From NCBI GenBank assembly GCA_013695765.1, contig JACCZW010000097.1, positions 402-64,401 of the forward strand: a stretch of DNA of 64,000 bases, in the 5' to 3' direction. A program made the position numbers and the translations under genes. Shown here piece after piece: positions 30,805 through 42,531 of this stretch. The DNA is from Gammaproteobacteria bacterium. GTDB lineage: Bacteria; Pseudomonadota; Gammaproteobacteria; JACCYU01. The first letter of the stretch is position 1, and each line of letters opens with the position of its first letter. Under the pieces are notes generated by a model, which saw only the letters and a list, made by a program, of their open reading frames with translations, was not told where the DNA came from and did no database searches.

Positions 30805-31826
30805 ACCGGGCCGACAAAATCGGAGACGTCGTGCTGGCTCTGCCGATGGCCGGCATTCTCAAAAGCACGTTTCCAGGTTGCAAGGTGTCGCTGCTGGGCC
30901 AGCGTTACACGCTGCCGCTGGCGAGGTGTTGCGAGTACCTGGATGGGGCATACACATGGGATGAAATCAAAGAAGCGCCCAGGGCGGAGCGGATCAGGCA
31001 TTTTCAGGCATTCGGTGCCGACGCGATCATTCATATCTATCCCCAGCCCGCGATCTCGCGGGTTGCGAGACAGGCGCGGATACCACTGCGGATCGGCACC
31101 AGCCGACGCTCCTATCACTGGCTCGACTGCAACCGTCTGGTGCGGATGCGCCGCCGGGGCATTGCGCTGCACGAAGCGCAGTTAAACATCCAGCTGTTGC
31201 GTGGGCTGGGCCTTGATCGCCATTATTCTCTGGACGAACTCCACGAATACTTTGGCTTGACCCGCATTGATTCATTGCCCCCGCACCTCGCCGCATTCAT
31301 ACACCCCGGCCGGTTCAATCTGATTGTGCATCCCAAATCGGCCGGCAGCGCACGGGAATGGCCAATTGAGCATTTCGCACGACTGATCGAGAGCCTTCCG
31401 CCGGAGCGATTCAATGTTCTGGTCACCGGCAGCGAGAAGGAAGGCGAATCTGTCCGTGGCGAGCTGCCCATCCAGCTGTCGCACGTCAGAGACCTGATGG
31501 GCAGGATCTCGCTCGATGAACTCATCGCGCTCATCAACGCCGCGGACGGTCTGCTCGCGGCCAGCACCGGACCCCTGCACATCGCAGCGGTGCTGGGAAA
31601 ACACGCGCTGGGAATCTTTGTGCCGTATCGCGCCAAGCACGCCGGCCGCTGGGGACCGATCGGGCCGCGCGCGCGGGCGTTTCAACTCGCCGAGACGTGT
31701 GTCAGCTGCCCGAACGCAAGCGTTTGCGCGTGTATGCGGCGTATCGCTCCCGCCGAGGTCAGTGCTTATCTGTCCGGCCTCGCGCGACCGCCCGGTGCCG
31801 ATACACCCTCGGTGGCTGCGCGGTAA
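30780..31826 (+). CDS. GT9 family glycosyltransferase (heptosyltransferase-like)
   Basis: RADKIGDVVLALP, HPKSAGSAREWP and STGPLHIAA. Confidence 0.87.
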   Translation: MQSRHFVLNRADKIGDVVLALPMAGILKSTFPGCKVSLLGQRYTLPLARCCEYLDGAYTWDEIKEAPRAERIRHFQAFGADAIIHIYPQPAISRVARQARIPLRIGTSRRSYHWLDCNRLVRMRRRGIALHEAQLNIQLLRGLGLDRHYSLDELHEYFGLTRIDSLPPHLAAFIHPGRFNLIVHPKSAGSAREWPIEHFARLIESLPPERFNVLVTGSEKEGESVRGELPIQLSHVRDLMGRISLDELIALINAADGLLAASTGPLHIAAVLGKHALGIFVPYRAKHAGRWGPIGPRARAFQLAETCVSCPNASVCACMRRIAPAEVSAYLSGLARPPGADTPSVAAR

Positions 31827-32027
31827 ACGCGCCGTTCGAAGCTCCGGCCCCGACGGTTCTCGCAAATTTGTCAGGGCCAGGATTATCGAATTTAGTGCCG
31901 TTGGGTGCTAAAGTTCCGCTCGCGCGGGGATGTGGGTCCCTGGAACCGGCCGCAGCCGCGGGAGTGCCCATCTCAATAATACCGGCCGAAGCTCGGCCCA
32001 CGACGCCCAGGGGAGCGTTGCCATAAT

Positions 32028-32447
32028 ATGAGCCTGGTTAGCATACCGGTGTCGATCGGTGAACTCATCGACAAACTCGTCATTCTGGAAATCAAGGCCG
32101 CCCGCATCCGTGAGCCAGCCAAGCTGCAACATATCAACCACGAACTGGACCTGCTCACCAATACCTGGCTCACCTCCGGTCAGGCCGGCGGCGCGGAGAT
32201 CGGCGTGCAGCGCGAGGCGCTGAAGGCCGTCAACGGTGCGCTGTGGGACATCGAGGACCAGATTCGACAAAAAGAGGCCAACGCTGAATTCGACCAGACA
32301 TTCATCGAGCTGGCGCGCGCGATCTACATCAACAACGACCGGCGCGCCGCGCTCAAGCGGGAGATCAATCGGCTGCTGGGATCGGAACTCGTAGAGGAAA
32401 AGTCCTACGTCGCTTACGCCCCCGCCACAGGCGAAGGCATCCCATAG
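32028..32447 (+). CDS. DUF6165-like protein
   Basis: PVSIGELIDKLVILEIK, LWDIEDQIR, FIELAR.IY..ND.RA and EEKSY. Confidence 0.8.
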   Translation: MSLVSIPVSIGELIDKLVILEIKAARIREPAKLQHINHELDLLTNTWLTSGQAGGAEIGVQREALKAVNGALWDIEDQIRQKEANAEFDQTFIELARAIYINNDRRAALKREINRLLGSELVEEKSYVAYAPATGEGIP

Positions 32448-32534
32448 GCAACCCGCACAAGTCCATCACGCATTTCTGGACGAGGCAGACAGATCGATGC
32501 GGGCGGTGCGGTTAGGAGGCGTGTCATTGGGACA

Positions 32535-33254
32535 ATGCGTGAGGCTACCTCGAGCTCGGGCGGAGAACATATCCTGTACGACGCGGATGCCACCAAAAGG
32601 CTCGACCGCGCGTGGTTCGATCCCGCCGCACTGACCGCGCGTGGAAAAGTCACCGGCAGCGCGGGGGGGCGCGGTCGCGCGCAATTTTTCGGTCAAGATG
32701 GCGCGCAATACGTATTGCGGCACTATCGGCGCGGGGGCGCAGTCGCAGCGCTACTCGAGGATCGCTATCTATACACCGGCCTGCATCGAACCCGCGCCTG
32801 GCGCGAGTGGCGGCTGTTGGTCGCGCTCGCGCAGCGCAACCTTCCGGTGCCGCGTCCGTTCGCCGCGCGCGTGGTCATTGCCGGCGCGTTGTACCGGGCC
32901 GATCTGATTACCTATCGACTGATGAATGCCACGCCGCTGTCCGAAGTGCTGGCGCGCGCGCCGCTGGCCGCGGCAACGTGGGCTGAAATCGGGCGCGTGA
33001 TCGCGATGTTTCACGCGGCGCGCGTGTGGCATGCCGATCTCAACGCGCACAATGTTTTGGTGGACTCAGGCGGCGCGGTGACCCTTATCGATTTCGACCG
33101 CGCCAGGGTCAGGTCGCCGGCCGCGCGCTGGCGGCGCGACAATCTTGCGCGTCTGCATCTCTCGCTGCGCAAGCTCAAATATCTAAACGCCGGACTGCAC
33201 TTCACAGAGTCCGATTTCGACGCTTTGCAAACAGGCTACGGATCGGCGGCCTGA
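32535..33254 (+). CDS. kdkA: 3-deoxy-D-manno-octulosonic acid (Kdo) kinase
   Basis: GRG, VLRHYRRGG, HADLNAHNVL, LIDFDR and NLARL..SLRK. Confidence 0.92.
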   Translation: MREATSSSGGEHILYDADATKRLDRAWFDPAALTARGKVTGSAGGRGRAQFFGQDGAQYVLRHYRRGGAVAALLEDRYLYTGLHRTRAWREWRLLVALAQRNLPVPRPFAARVVIAGALYRADLITYRLMNATPLSEVLARAPLAAATWAEIGRVIAMFHAARVWHADLNAHNVLVDSGGAVTLIDFDRARVRSPAARWRRDNLARLHLSLRKLKYLNAGLHFTESDFDALQTGYGSAA

Positions 33255-33256
33255 GC

Positions 33257-34540
33257 TTAAGGGTCGCGCAGACGGCACAGCGGTTCCAGCAGCTCAAGGT
33301 ACGCCTCCAACACGTGCTCGTGCCCACGCATGAAGGCGGCCGCGCGCTGGCCCAGCGCGTTACGTAATTCCGCGTCGGTGAGCAGGCGTTCAAGCGCGAA
33401 GCCGAGTTCACGGTCGTCCTGGGCCATCAGCAGGCCTTCCGCCGCCAGCAGGCTGCTCGTTTCCTCGGCGAAATTTCCCATGTGCCGGCCAACCAGCACC
33501 GCCCTGGCCAGACGCGCCGGCTCGAGAATATTATGGCCGCCGCGCGGGATAAGTGACCCGCCCATGAACACGAACGCGGCGTGTCTCATAAACGCCTGCA
33601 ATTCGCCCAGGGTGTCGGCCAGGTAGATACGCGTCGTCGGCTTAACCGTATCGCCGCGGCTGCGCACTGCCGTCTCGAAACCCAGTGGCGCGAGTTCCTT
33701 GAGAATCGCATGGCGGCGTTCCGGATGGCGCGGCGCGATCACGAGCAGTTCGCCCGTGGCGGGCAGGCGCCGCCAGATGCGCGCCAGGTGCAGTTCTTCG
33801 TGCGGATGCGTGGACGCCGCCAGCCAATAGGGTTGGCCGACCGGGTCGTCCGTTGACTGTGCCTGACCTGGCTGGGCCTCGGTAGCCTGGGCCTGCGTCG
33901 GTCCGGGCGCGGCGAATTTGATGTTGCCGACATTGACCAGCAGTTCCGCGGGCGCGCCCAGCCTGCGGAATTTTGCCGCTTCCGCATCGCTGCGGGCAAG
34001 AATTGCCGTGACCTGGCCGAGCGCGTGTCTGTAAGCTCGTCGCAGTAGCGCCGGCGCCTTCAAGGTACGCCGGGAAAGCCGTGCGTTGATGATGATAAGC
34101 GGGATATCGAGCGTCGCGCATTGCTGATAGAGATTGGGCCACAGCTCCGTCTCCATCACCACCAGACAGCGTGGTCGCACTTTGCCTAATAAACGCGCGA
34201 CGCTGAAATTGAAGTCCAGCGGCAGATACGCGTGCGTTATTTCCGCACCCATTTCCTGCAATGCCACCGCGCGCCCGGTGGGTGTATTGGTGGTGATGAG
34301 CAGCGGCGTTTCGGGATGACGGGCGCGCAGGGCGCCCAGCAGCGGCAAGGCCGCGTTCACTTCACCGACCGAGGCGCAATGCATCCACACCGGCTGCGCT
34401 ATGTCGGGCAGGTGGCGTCCAAGTCGTTGCCATAGATAATGCGTGCCGCCCTCGCGCGCCGCGCGCCACAGCGTATAGCCGATAAAAAGCGGCGAGGCGA
34501 CGATAAGCGCCGCGCGGTAGGGCAGCAACTCATTGATCAC
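33257..34540 (-). CDS. waaA: Kdo transferase
   Basis: WMHCASVGEV, METELWPN, GNIKF, ASTH, APRHPER and GGHNILEP. Confidence 0.94.
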   Translation of the reverse strand: MINELLPYRAALIVASPLFIGYTLWRAAREGGTHYLWQRLGRHLPDIAQPVWMHCASVGEVNAALPLLGALRARHPETPLLITTNTPTGRAVALQEMGAEITHAYLPLDFNFSVARLLGKVRPRCLVVMETELWPNLYQQCATLDIPLIIINARLSRRTLKAPALLRRAYRHALGQVTAILARSDAEAAKFRRLGAPAELLVNVGNIKFAAPGPTQAQATEAQPGQAQSTDDPVGQPYWLAASTHPHEELHLARIWRRLPATGELLVIAPRHPERRHAILKELAPLGFETAVRSRGDTVKPTTRIYLADTLGELQAFMRHAAFVFMGGSLIPRGGHNILEPARLARAVLVGRHMGNFAEETSSLLAAEGLLMAQDDRELGFALERLLTDAELRNALGQRAAAFMRGHEHVLEAYLELLEPLCRLRDP

Positions 34541-34654
34541 GGGAGGTTGATCACAGCAGCTTGAACCCGACAGGGGTGATCACGATAGGCGTAATTAGAG
34601 TGGCTGGATTACCACGGGACGATCACGAACGCGCCATCATACGCGCCCGGGGGC

Positions 34655-35989
34655 CTAGTACAGCCAGTCATTGAGCCCGACAAGATCCTCTCCGGCCAGG
34701 GTGCCGGCCGCCTGTTTGAGTCGCAGGGTATTCAGCAGGTAGTTGTAGCGGGCGCGGGACAGGTCGCGCTGGGTGCGAAAGGTCTCGCGCAGCGCCAGCA
34801 GCACGTCCACGGAGGTGCGCGTGCCCACTCTGAACCCGGCGCGCGCGGAAGCCGCGGCCGCGCGGTTCGATTCCAGCGCCCGCTTGAGTGCCTTGACCCG
34901 GCTGATGCCCGCGATCACGTTCAGATACGAGGCGCGCGTCTGCCGTACCGCCTCGCGGCGCTGCAACTCCTGCAGGTTCTGTGACTGTTCGAAGAGGTAA
35001 CTGGCTTCGCGCGTGCTGGAGGTGACGAAGCCGCCGGAGAAGATCGGGATATTGAGCTGCAAGCCTACCGATTGGTCATCCGACTCGGTCGCGCCGAACA
35101 CCCCGCCGCCGGAATCGTTCTCGGCCTTTTGCGCGAACAGGCCCAACGTCGGGTAGTGTCCGGCCCGGCGCCTGTCCACTTCCAGAGACGCGGTCTCGCT
35201 GGCGAACTCGGCGGCGATCAACTGGAGGTTCCGCTCGATGGCCGTTTGCACCCACTGATCGACATCCGCCGGGTCCGGTGTCAGCAGCGGGATGCGATCC
35301 TGCAAATCGCGCAGTCGTCCGGGCAGCCGACCGGTGATCACCTGCAGCGCTTCGCGGGTGACGGCCAACTGGTTTTGCGCGCTGACCTGCTGTGCCACGG
35401 CCAGATCGAACGCGGCCCGCGCTTCCTTCACGTCGGTGATGGCGATCACGCCAACCTCGAAGCGCTTGCGCGCCTGCTCAAGCTGGCGGCCGATCGCCTT
35501 TTTCTCGGAGACCGCGAATGTCAGACTGTCCCGTGCGGCCAGCACGTTGAAATACGCCTTGCTTACGCGCAGCACCAGCGCCTGCGCGATCGCATCCAGC
35601 TCGGCCTGCGCCTGCGCGATGCTGGAATCCGCCTGCCATAACTGCACAATGAGCGAATGATCATAGATGATCTGATCCAGCCGCAGGGTATAACCCTGGG
35701 TATCGAAACCGCCGGACTGCCTGTTTATCTCGCCATCGAAAGTGCGCGTGGAATCGAGTGTCTGCCACACATACTCGCCGCTCAAATTGAGTTGCGGCAG
35801 CAGCGCCGACCACGCCTGCGGGCGAACCTCGCCGGTCGCCTCGAAGTCCGCCTGCGCGGCCTGCAAGCGTGAATCTTCCCGCGCGGCGGATTGATAAATA
35901 TCCAGCAGGTCTTCAGCCTGCGCGGGCAAGCTCGCGAGCATCGATACGCCGACCACACAAGCCAACAATTGTTTTCTAGTACGCATCAT
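34655..35989 (-). CDS. tolC: TolC family outer membrane channel
   Basis: Signal peptide, AEDLLDIYQ, RFEVGVIAITDV, AGHYPTL and VGTRTSVDVL; pcm-tolC-waaA gene order. Confidence 0.9.
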   Translation of the reverse strand: MMRTRKQLLACVVGVSMLASLPAQAEDLLDIYQSAAREDSRLQAAQADFEATGEVRPQAWSALLPQLNLSGEYVWQTLDSTRTFDGEINRQSGGFDTQGYTLRLDQIIYDHSLIVQLWQADSSIAQAQAELDAIAQALVLRVSKAYFNVLAARDSLTFAVSEKKAIGRQLEQARKRFEVGVIAITDVKEARAAFDLAVAQQVSAQNQLAVTREALQVITGRLPGRLRDLQDRIPLLTPDPADVDQWVQTAIERNLQLIAAEFASETASLEVDRRRAGHYPTLGLFAQKAENDSGGGVFGATESDDQSVGLQLNIPIFSGGFVTSSTREASYLFEQSQNLQELQRREAVRQTRASYLNVIAGISRVKALKRALESNRAAAASARAGFRVGTRTSVDVLLALRETFRTQRDLSRARYNYLLNTLRLKQAAGTLAGEDLVGLNDWLY

Positions 35990-36050
35990 TTTTTCGGATC
36001 CCCTCATTCACACATCGACTGTCGCTATTCCCACACCAGAGTGTGTCATA

Positions 36051-36704
36051 TCAGAGTACGAAGGTGGCTTTCCTGGACGTGTTCAATAGCGCAGGCAGAT
36101 CGGTTTCAAACAATTTTGCTCTTGAAAATTCATGCTCGCCGGCGCGCGTCACGCGCATTGCGGACATGACCGGCTGTTCGCCGACGATGACGAACAGACG
36201 CCCGCCGATGGCAAGCTGTTGTTCGAATACGGGCCGATACTCCGGTACCGAGCCGGTGACCGCGATGACATCGTAACGTTCGTTTGAGCGCCAGCCGTTG
36301 GCCGCGTCGCCGACGCCCACATTGACATTACGAATCTCCAGCACGGCCAGTTGTGTTTTGGCATCCTCGATCAGGTCATCGTAGAAATCAACGCTCTCGA
36401 CCTGACCGCCCAGCCTCGCCAGACATGCCGTGACAAAACCGCTGCCGGTGCCGATTTCCAGGATGCGGTCGCCGAAGCGGATATCCAGCGCCTGCAGCAT
36501 GCGGCCTTCGACTTTGGGCGCCATCATCGTCTGCCCATGTGTCAGCGGAATGCCGAAATCAGCGAACGCGAGATTTTTGTAACGTGCCGGCACGAAGCGT
36601 TCGCGCGGCACCGAGGTAAGCACGTTCAGCACATCCTCGTCCAGCACCTCCCACGCGCGAAGCTGCTGATCGATCATGTTGTCGCGGGCCTGTTCGAGAT
36701 TCAT
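36051..36704 (-). CDS. Protein-L-isoaspartate O-methyltransferase family protein
   Basis: AR.NMIDQQLR.W, VPRE.F and LEIGTGSG. Confidence 0.9.
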   Translation of the reverse strand: MNLEQARDNMIDQQLRAWEVLDEDVLNVLTSVPRERFVPARYKNLAFADFGIPLTHGQTMMAPKVEGRMLQALDIRFGDRILEIGTGSGFVTACLARLGGQVESVDFYDDLIEDAKTQLAVLEIRNVNVGVGDAANGWRSNERYDVIAVTGSVPEYRPVFEQQLAIGGRLFVIVGEQPVMSAMRVTRAGEHEFSRAKLFETDLPALLNTSRKATFVL

Positions 36705-36844
36705 GCGTGTTCTAAGTTATCGCGCCAGGTTATCGCGCCGGGCGCTAAGATTACGGACACCCGTGGCCGCAGACAAGTCCGAAGGCGCGCGCCGCTGCCG
36801 CCCGCGGTTGCAAAGCACGAGTTTTTTCTATAAGTTCAGTAGCA

Positions 36845-36925
36845 TCGAGACTAGGGGTGCCCGCCAGCGGGCTGAGAAATACCCTTGGAACCTGAATCGG
36901 CTCGTACCGGCGGAGGGAAGGCTCG
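36845..36925 (+). ncRNA. TPP (THI-box) riboswitch
   Basis: GGGGTGC...GCTGAGAAATACCC...ACCTGA...GT-ACC...GGGAAG core directly upstream of thiC. Confidence 0.92.
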
Positions 36926-36945
36926 TGAAAATTGCTCGTGAATAA

Positions 36946-38903
<1,958 letters not shown>

Positions 38904-38904
<1 letters not shown>

Positions 38905-39242
38905 TGTCGCGCGCGACACCGCTACTCGCATTGCTGTTATTGACCGCGCAGGCGGCGACCGCAGATGCTGCGCGAGATTACGTAAAGCTCGTGGGCGCCA
39001 ACGACGCGTACTGCGTGGCTTTACCGGGTCAGATGCGGCAGGTCGTCAATACCCACAAGGCGCGCGCCATCGAGGTGTCGCTGGAGCGGCGTATGGGTGA
39101 GACCATGCAGCCGGGGCGTATGGTCGAGATCGCGCGGCCAGGCGGCAAGCCGATCGATCTCGGCTGTACGCGCATCATTGGCGGGTATGCGCAGAGCTGG
39201 GTCGTTATCGTCGCCGAGTTCGCCGCTGACACGCGTCGTTAA
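38904..39242 (+). CDS. Hypothetical secreted protein
   Basis: TGATG overlap with the thiC stop, signal-peptide-like N-terminus and two Cys. Confidence 0.6.
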
Positions 39243-39273
39243 CACGCCATCACCGGAACGGGAGCCACCAACG

Positions 39274-39633
39274 GTGCGGGAGCTGGTTGACTGCTTTCTC
39301 GATGCGATCGAGGCGCGCGAATTCGAGCAGGCGCAACGGTGTCTGTCGGACGATGAATTCCTTTATACAAGTCCCATCGATATTTTCGACAATGCGGCGG
39401 ATTTCATCGCGGACATCAGCCGTGTGGGCCCGATACTGAAACGTATCGAGCGCCGCAAGCTGTTCGTGGACGGCGACCAGGCGTGTGCGATATTCAATCT
39501 CATAGCCACCATGGACGCGCTGGCCAACACGCGTATCGCGCAATGGATGAAAGCCAGAAACGGCAAATTTTCTTCGATAGAAGTTTTTTTCGACGCGCAC
39601 GCTTACTCAAGCATGTTCGACACGCTTAACTGA
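39274..39633 (+). CDS. SnoaL/NTF2-like domain protein
   Basis: V..F..AI....F.....CLSDDEF.Y.SP ... NGKF.SIEVFFD pattern; GTG 39274 with GGAG upstream (start uncertain). Confidence 0.7.
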   Translation: MRELVDCFLDAIEAREFEQAQRCLSDDEFLYTSPIDIFDNAADFIADISRVGPILKRIERRKLFVDGDQACAIFNLIATMDALANTRIAQWMKARNGKFSSIEVFFDAHAYSSMFDTLN

Positions 39634-39795
39634 GATGCACTTTATTTGGAATGTCTTTTGCAAAACTATATGCAAGATCTGTATGTATGACGTACAGCAA
39701 ATTGTTCGATAAATGCAGTGCCCAATTGCTAGAAACTACAACCTGCGTATAGACCGCGAGCTATCGTTGTCCACAACCCCTGGAGAGGTTAACGC

Positions 39796-40062
39796 ATGAG
39801 CACATCCAGATCGTCCGCGACGCCCAAAAAACGTGTGGTCAAGGCCAAAACGCCGACCGTAAAAAAAACCGATGCGCGCGGCAGAACCGAGAAACAAACC
39901 CCGTCGCTGACGCTCACCCCCGAGGAACGCTGGCGTATGGTGGCGGTGGCGGCCTACCACATCGCGGAAAAGCGGGGGTTTTCGCCGGGCAACCCACTGG
40001 ACGACTGGCTGAACGCAGAACGGGAGGTCGAGTCGCTACTGGGCGTGCAGCCGGGCAAATAA
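39796..40062 (+). CDS. DUF2934 domain protein
   Basis: ERWRMVAVAAYHIAEKRGF.PG..LDDWL.AERE; GGAGAGG RBS. Confidence 0.85.
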   Translation: MSTSRSSATPKKRVVKAKTPTVKKTDARGRTEKQTPSLTLTPEERWRMVAVAAYHIAEKRGFSPGNPLDDWLNAEREVESLLGVQPGK

Positions 40063-40255
40063 CGGGTCGGATTGTAGCGTCCGAAAGTCGCTGCCGACAG
40101 ACTTTCGAGGTGTGCCCTGTATGAAGGCCAGCCGTTGTTTGTCGGCTCGACCGAGAAGTTAGGTCTCACCTTCGACTGGCGGCCCTTGCTGGACGTTGCT
40201 TTGCGCGTTGCCGGGGTGGCATGCGGTGGCGTTTCGTCAAACCTGACGCCCTGGC

Positions 40256-41152
40256 TCAGCCGGCAAGCAGATCCTTGGCCTGGTTGATTTTGGCGGCCAG
40301 ATAATTAGTGCCACCGCGATCCGGGTGCAATTTCTGCATCAAGCGGCGGTGCGCGTCGGTAACTGTTTTGGCATCGGCGCCGGCCTGGAGGCCCAGTATT
40401 TCGTAGGCTTCCTCGCGGTTCATGCCTTTGCCCATATCTCCACCATTAGCTTTACGCTGGCTGGACTCGGCGCGGTCTTGTTTATCCCGCCGGTCTGACG
40501 AGCCCTCCGACTTGCGCTTTGACTTGTCCTCTGCACGGGTTTCGCTGGATTCCTGTCTGGCGCTGTTGTCGTGCGCCTGCTCCATGTAGGCTGCCAGCAA
40601 CGCCGCCGATTCCGCGTCACGGCTGCTGTACTCCGCGTGCAGCGCCTGCAATTTTTCCAAGGCCAGTTCGCTTAAGTGTGCGCCGGTGTGGGCGCCTCTC
40701 ACGACCTTGCCGCGCATTTCGCCGGTCTGCTTGCTTATCGATATCCGCAGGTAACGCGTCTCGACTTTCGCATAGCCGTTAGCGCTACTGTTATCCTCCG
40801 ATGACTTCGCGGACGCTGGACGTTTGCGCGATGCCTTGCGCCGTCGGGTGCGCCCGGGCGGGGGTTCTTTTGGTTTCGCGGTTGCCGCGCGCCACAACAG
40901 CGGCAGCAGCCGGACCACGATGGGCAGCAGACCGCCAATGACGGCGAATATCCAGTGCAGATTCCCGGAAAATACCATCGCGAGCAGCGCCACGAGGGCG
41001 ACGACGATGCCCGCCTGCGAGAGGAAAAGCCTGAATTTTCCGGGCGGCTGCCGTCCGACCATACTGACCAGCAAAAAGATGGACAGCAGTATGAAAACGC
41101 CGATGGGAATGCGCCACCGGAAAACTTCCGTGAGAAAAAATTCCATGTTCAT
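40256..41152 (-). CDS. Membrane-anchored protein with a C-terminal J-domain (DjlA-like co-chaperone)
   Basis: N-terminal TM helices; EAYEILGL...[15 protein letters not shown]...KINQAKD with an intact HPD. Confidence 0.88.
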   Translation of the reverse strand: MNMEFFLTEVFRWRIPIGVFILLSIFLLVSMVGRQPPGKFRLFLSQAGIVVALVALLAMVFSGNLHWIFAVIGGLLPIVVRLLPLLWRAATAKPKEPPPGRTRRRKASRKRPASAKSSEDNSSANGYAKVETRYLRISISKQTGEMRGKVVRGAHTGAHLSELALEKLQALHAEYSSRDAESAALLAAYMEQAHDNSARQESSETRAEDKSKRKSEGSSDRRDKQDRAESSQRKANGGDMGKGMNREEAYEILGLQAGADAKTVTDAHRRLMQKLHPDRGGTNYLAAKINQAKDLLAG

Positions 41153-41559
41153 GCTTGCTTATGACGGATCGCGGGGTTGCGCGATTCAAAAGAGCGCGGC
41201 TTGTTAGCGCCTGGATAAATGTGCAAAATAATAATGGATTTCCCGGGAGTCCCGCGCTGCCGTGCAGCATACGGTGTCAGGCTGCCTATTTTTCGATGTT
41301 AGCGTAGGTGGGCATTTTCGCCGTCCCACCAGCCCGGCCGCCGGTAAACTGACCCAGCTTACGTGCCGCGCGGCGGAAGGTTAGTTTACCCAGCGTTTGG
41401 GGGAGGCGTAAAGGCAGGCGCTGTTACGCCTGCCCCAGGCGAGCGAAGCATGGTACGCGAAATGGTGCAAGCGGCATCGACAGACTCATGCAGGCGCAAG
41501 TGCCGGCGTTACACTGACTGCCGGCCCTGATAGCGGACAAATAAATCAAAGGCGGGTCA

Positions 41560-42531
41560 ATGCAAGATTTCAATGCGAAATACAGCCGGCAGATCATGGT
41601 GCGGCTGGCCATAGCGGTGGTCCTGCTGCTGGTGGCGATGTTTCTGTGCCGGCAGTTTATCTTCGATTTTTACATCGGCGGTCAGGTCACGATCGCCGGC
41701 TACATCATCAACAGCGCGACCCTTACCTTGTTCCTGGCAGGGCTGCTCGCGATTGTCGCGGGGCTGCGTCACTATTCGCGCGAGGAAGCCGCGCTGGCCA
41801 GGTTCATGCGCTCGCTGGACGACGAGCAGCTCGATTTGACGGCGGGGGTGGACCCGCGCAGCATCATCCATCGACGCTACACCGCGATTCTAAGGATCAG
41901 CAAGCAGAACGCGCCAGTCGATCACGGCGCGCTGGCCGCGCTGCTGCTGGCCGATGAGAGCAAGCGACTGTCGTTCCCGCGCTTCGTCAACAATATTTTG
42001 ATCCTGATGGGCGTATTCGGCACCATTGTTGGTCTGGCGATCGCGCTTGTGGGCGCGGCCGACTTGCTCGAAGCGGAACAGAACCTGGGCAGCATGGATG
42101 TGCTGATCCACGGCATGTCGGTCGCGCCGGCCACCACCATCATCGCGATCATCTGTTATGTATTCACAGGTTACTTTTATATCCGCCTTACCGACGCGCA
42201 GACGCACGTCCTCAGCGGCGTCGAGCAGGTGACCTCGCTGTACCTGCTGCCACGGTTTTCCCGCAACGCCGATTCGATCATGTATGAGATCGCGCAGTTG
42301 GTCGACCAGCTCAGGCAGACGGCCGAAAGCATGCGCGGCAGTCAGACCGAATATGCCGAAGCCGGCATCCGCCTGCGCGAAACAGTCAACGACTACGCGC
42401 AGGTCGGCCATCGCATGAGCGTGATGCTGGCCGAGCTGGACTCGCGAATGAGCGGCATGTCCGGCGACGTGCGCACGATCAAAAGCATGTTGCGCGACGG
42501 ATTCCGCCTGCCGGCCGGCGATTCGCGGTAA
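41560..42531 (+). CDS. MotA/TolQ/ExbB-like ion-channel stator subunit
   Basis: Four TM segments; LMGVFGTIVGL and GMSVAPATT match the family's GxxGTVxG and GxxxALxTT motifs; helical C-terminal tail. Confidence 0.8.
   Translation: MQDFNAKYSRQIMVRLAIAVVLLLVAMFLCRQFIFDFYIGGQVTIAGYIINSATLTLFLAGLLAIVAGLRHYSREEAALARFMRSLDDEQLDLTAGVDPRSIIHRRYTAILRISKQNAPVDHGALAALLLADESKRLSFPRFVNNILILMGVFGTIVGLAIALVGAADLLEAEQNLGSMDVLIHGMSVAPATTIIAIICYVFTGYFYIRLTDAQTHVLSGVEQVTSLYLLPRFSRNADSIMYEIAQLVDQLRQTAESMRGSQTEYAEAGIRLRETVNDYAQVGHRMSVMLAELDSRMSGMSGDVRTIKSMLRDGFRLPAGDSR

Noticed and set aside
39680-39698. LexA box-like CTGT...ACAG
   Set aside because: Spacer is 11 nt rather than 8.
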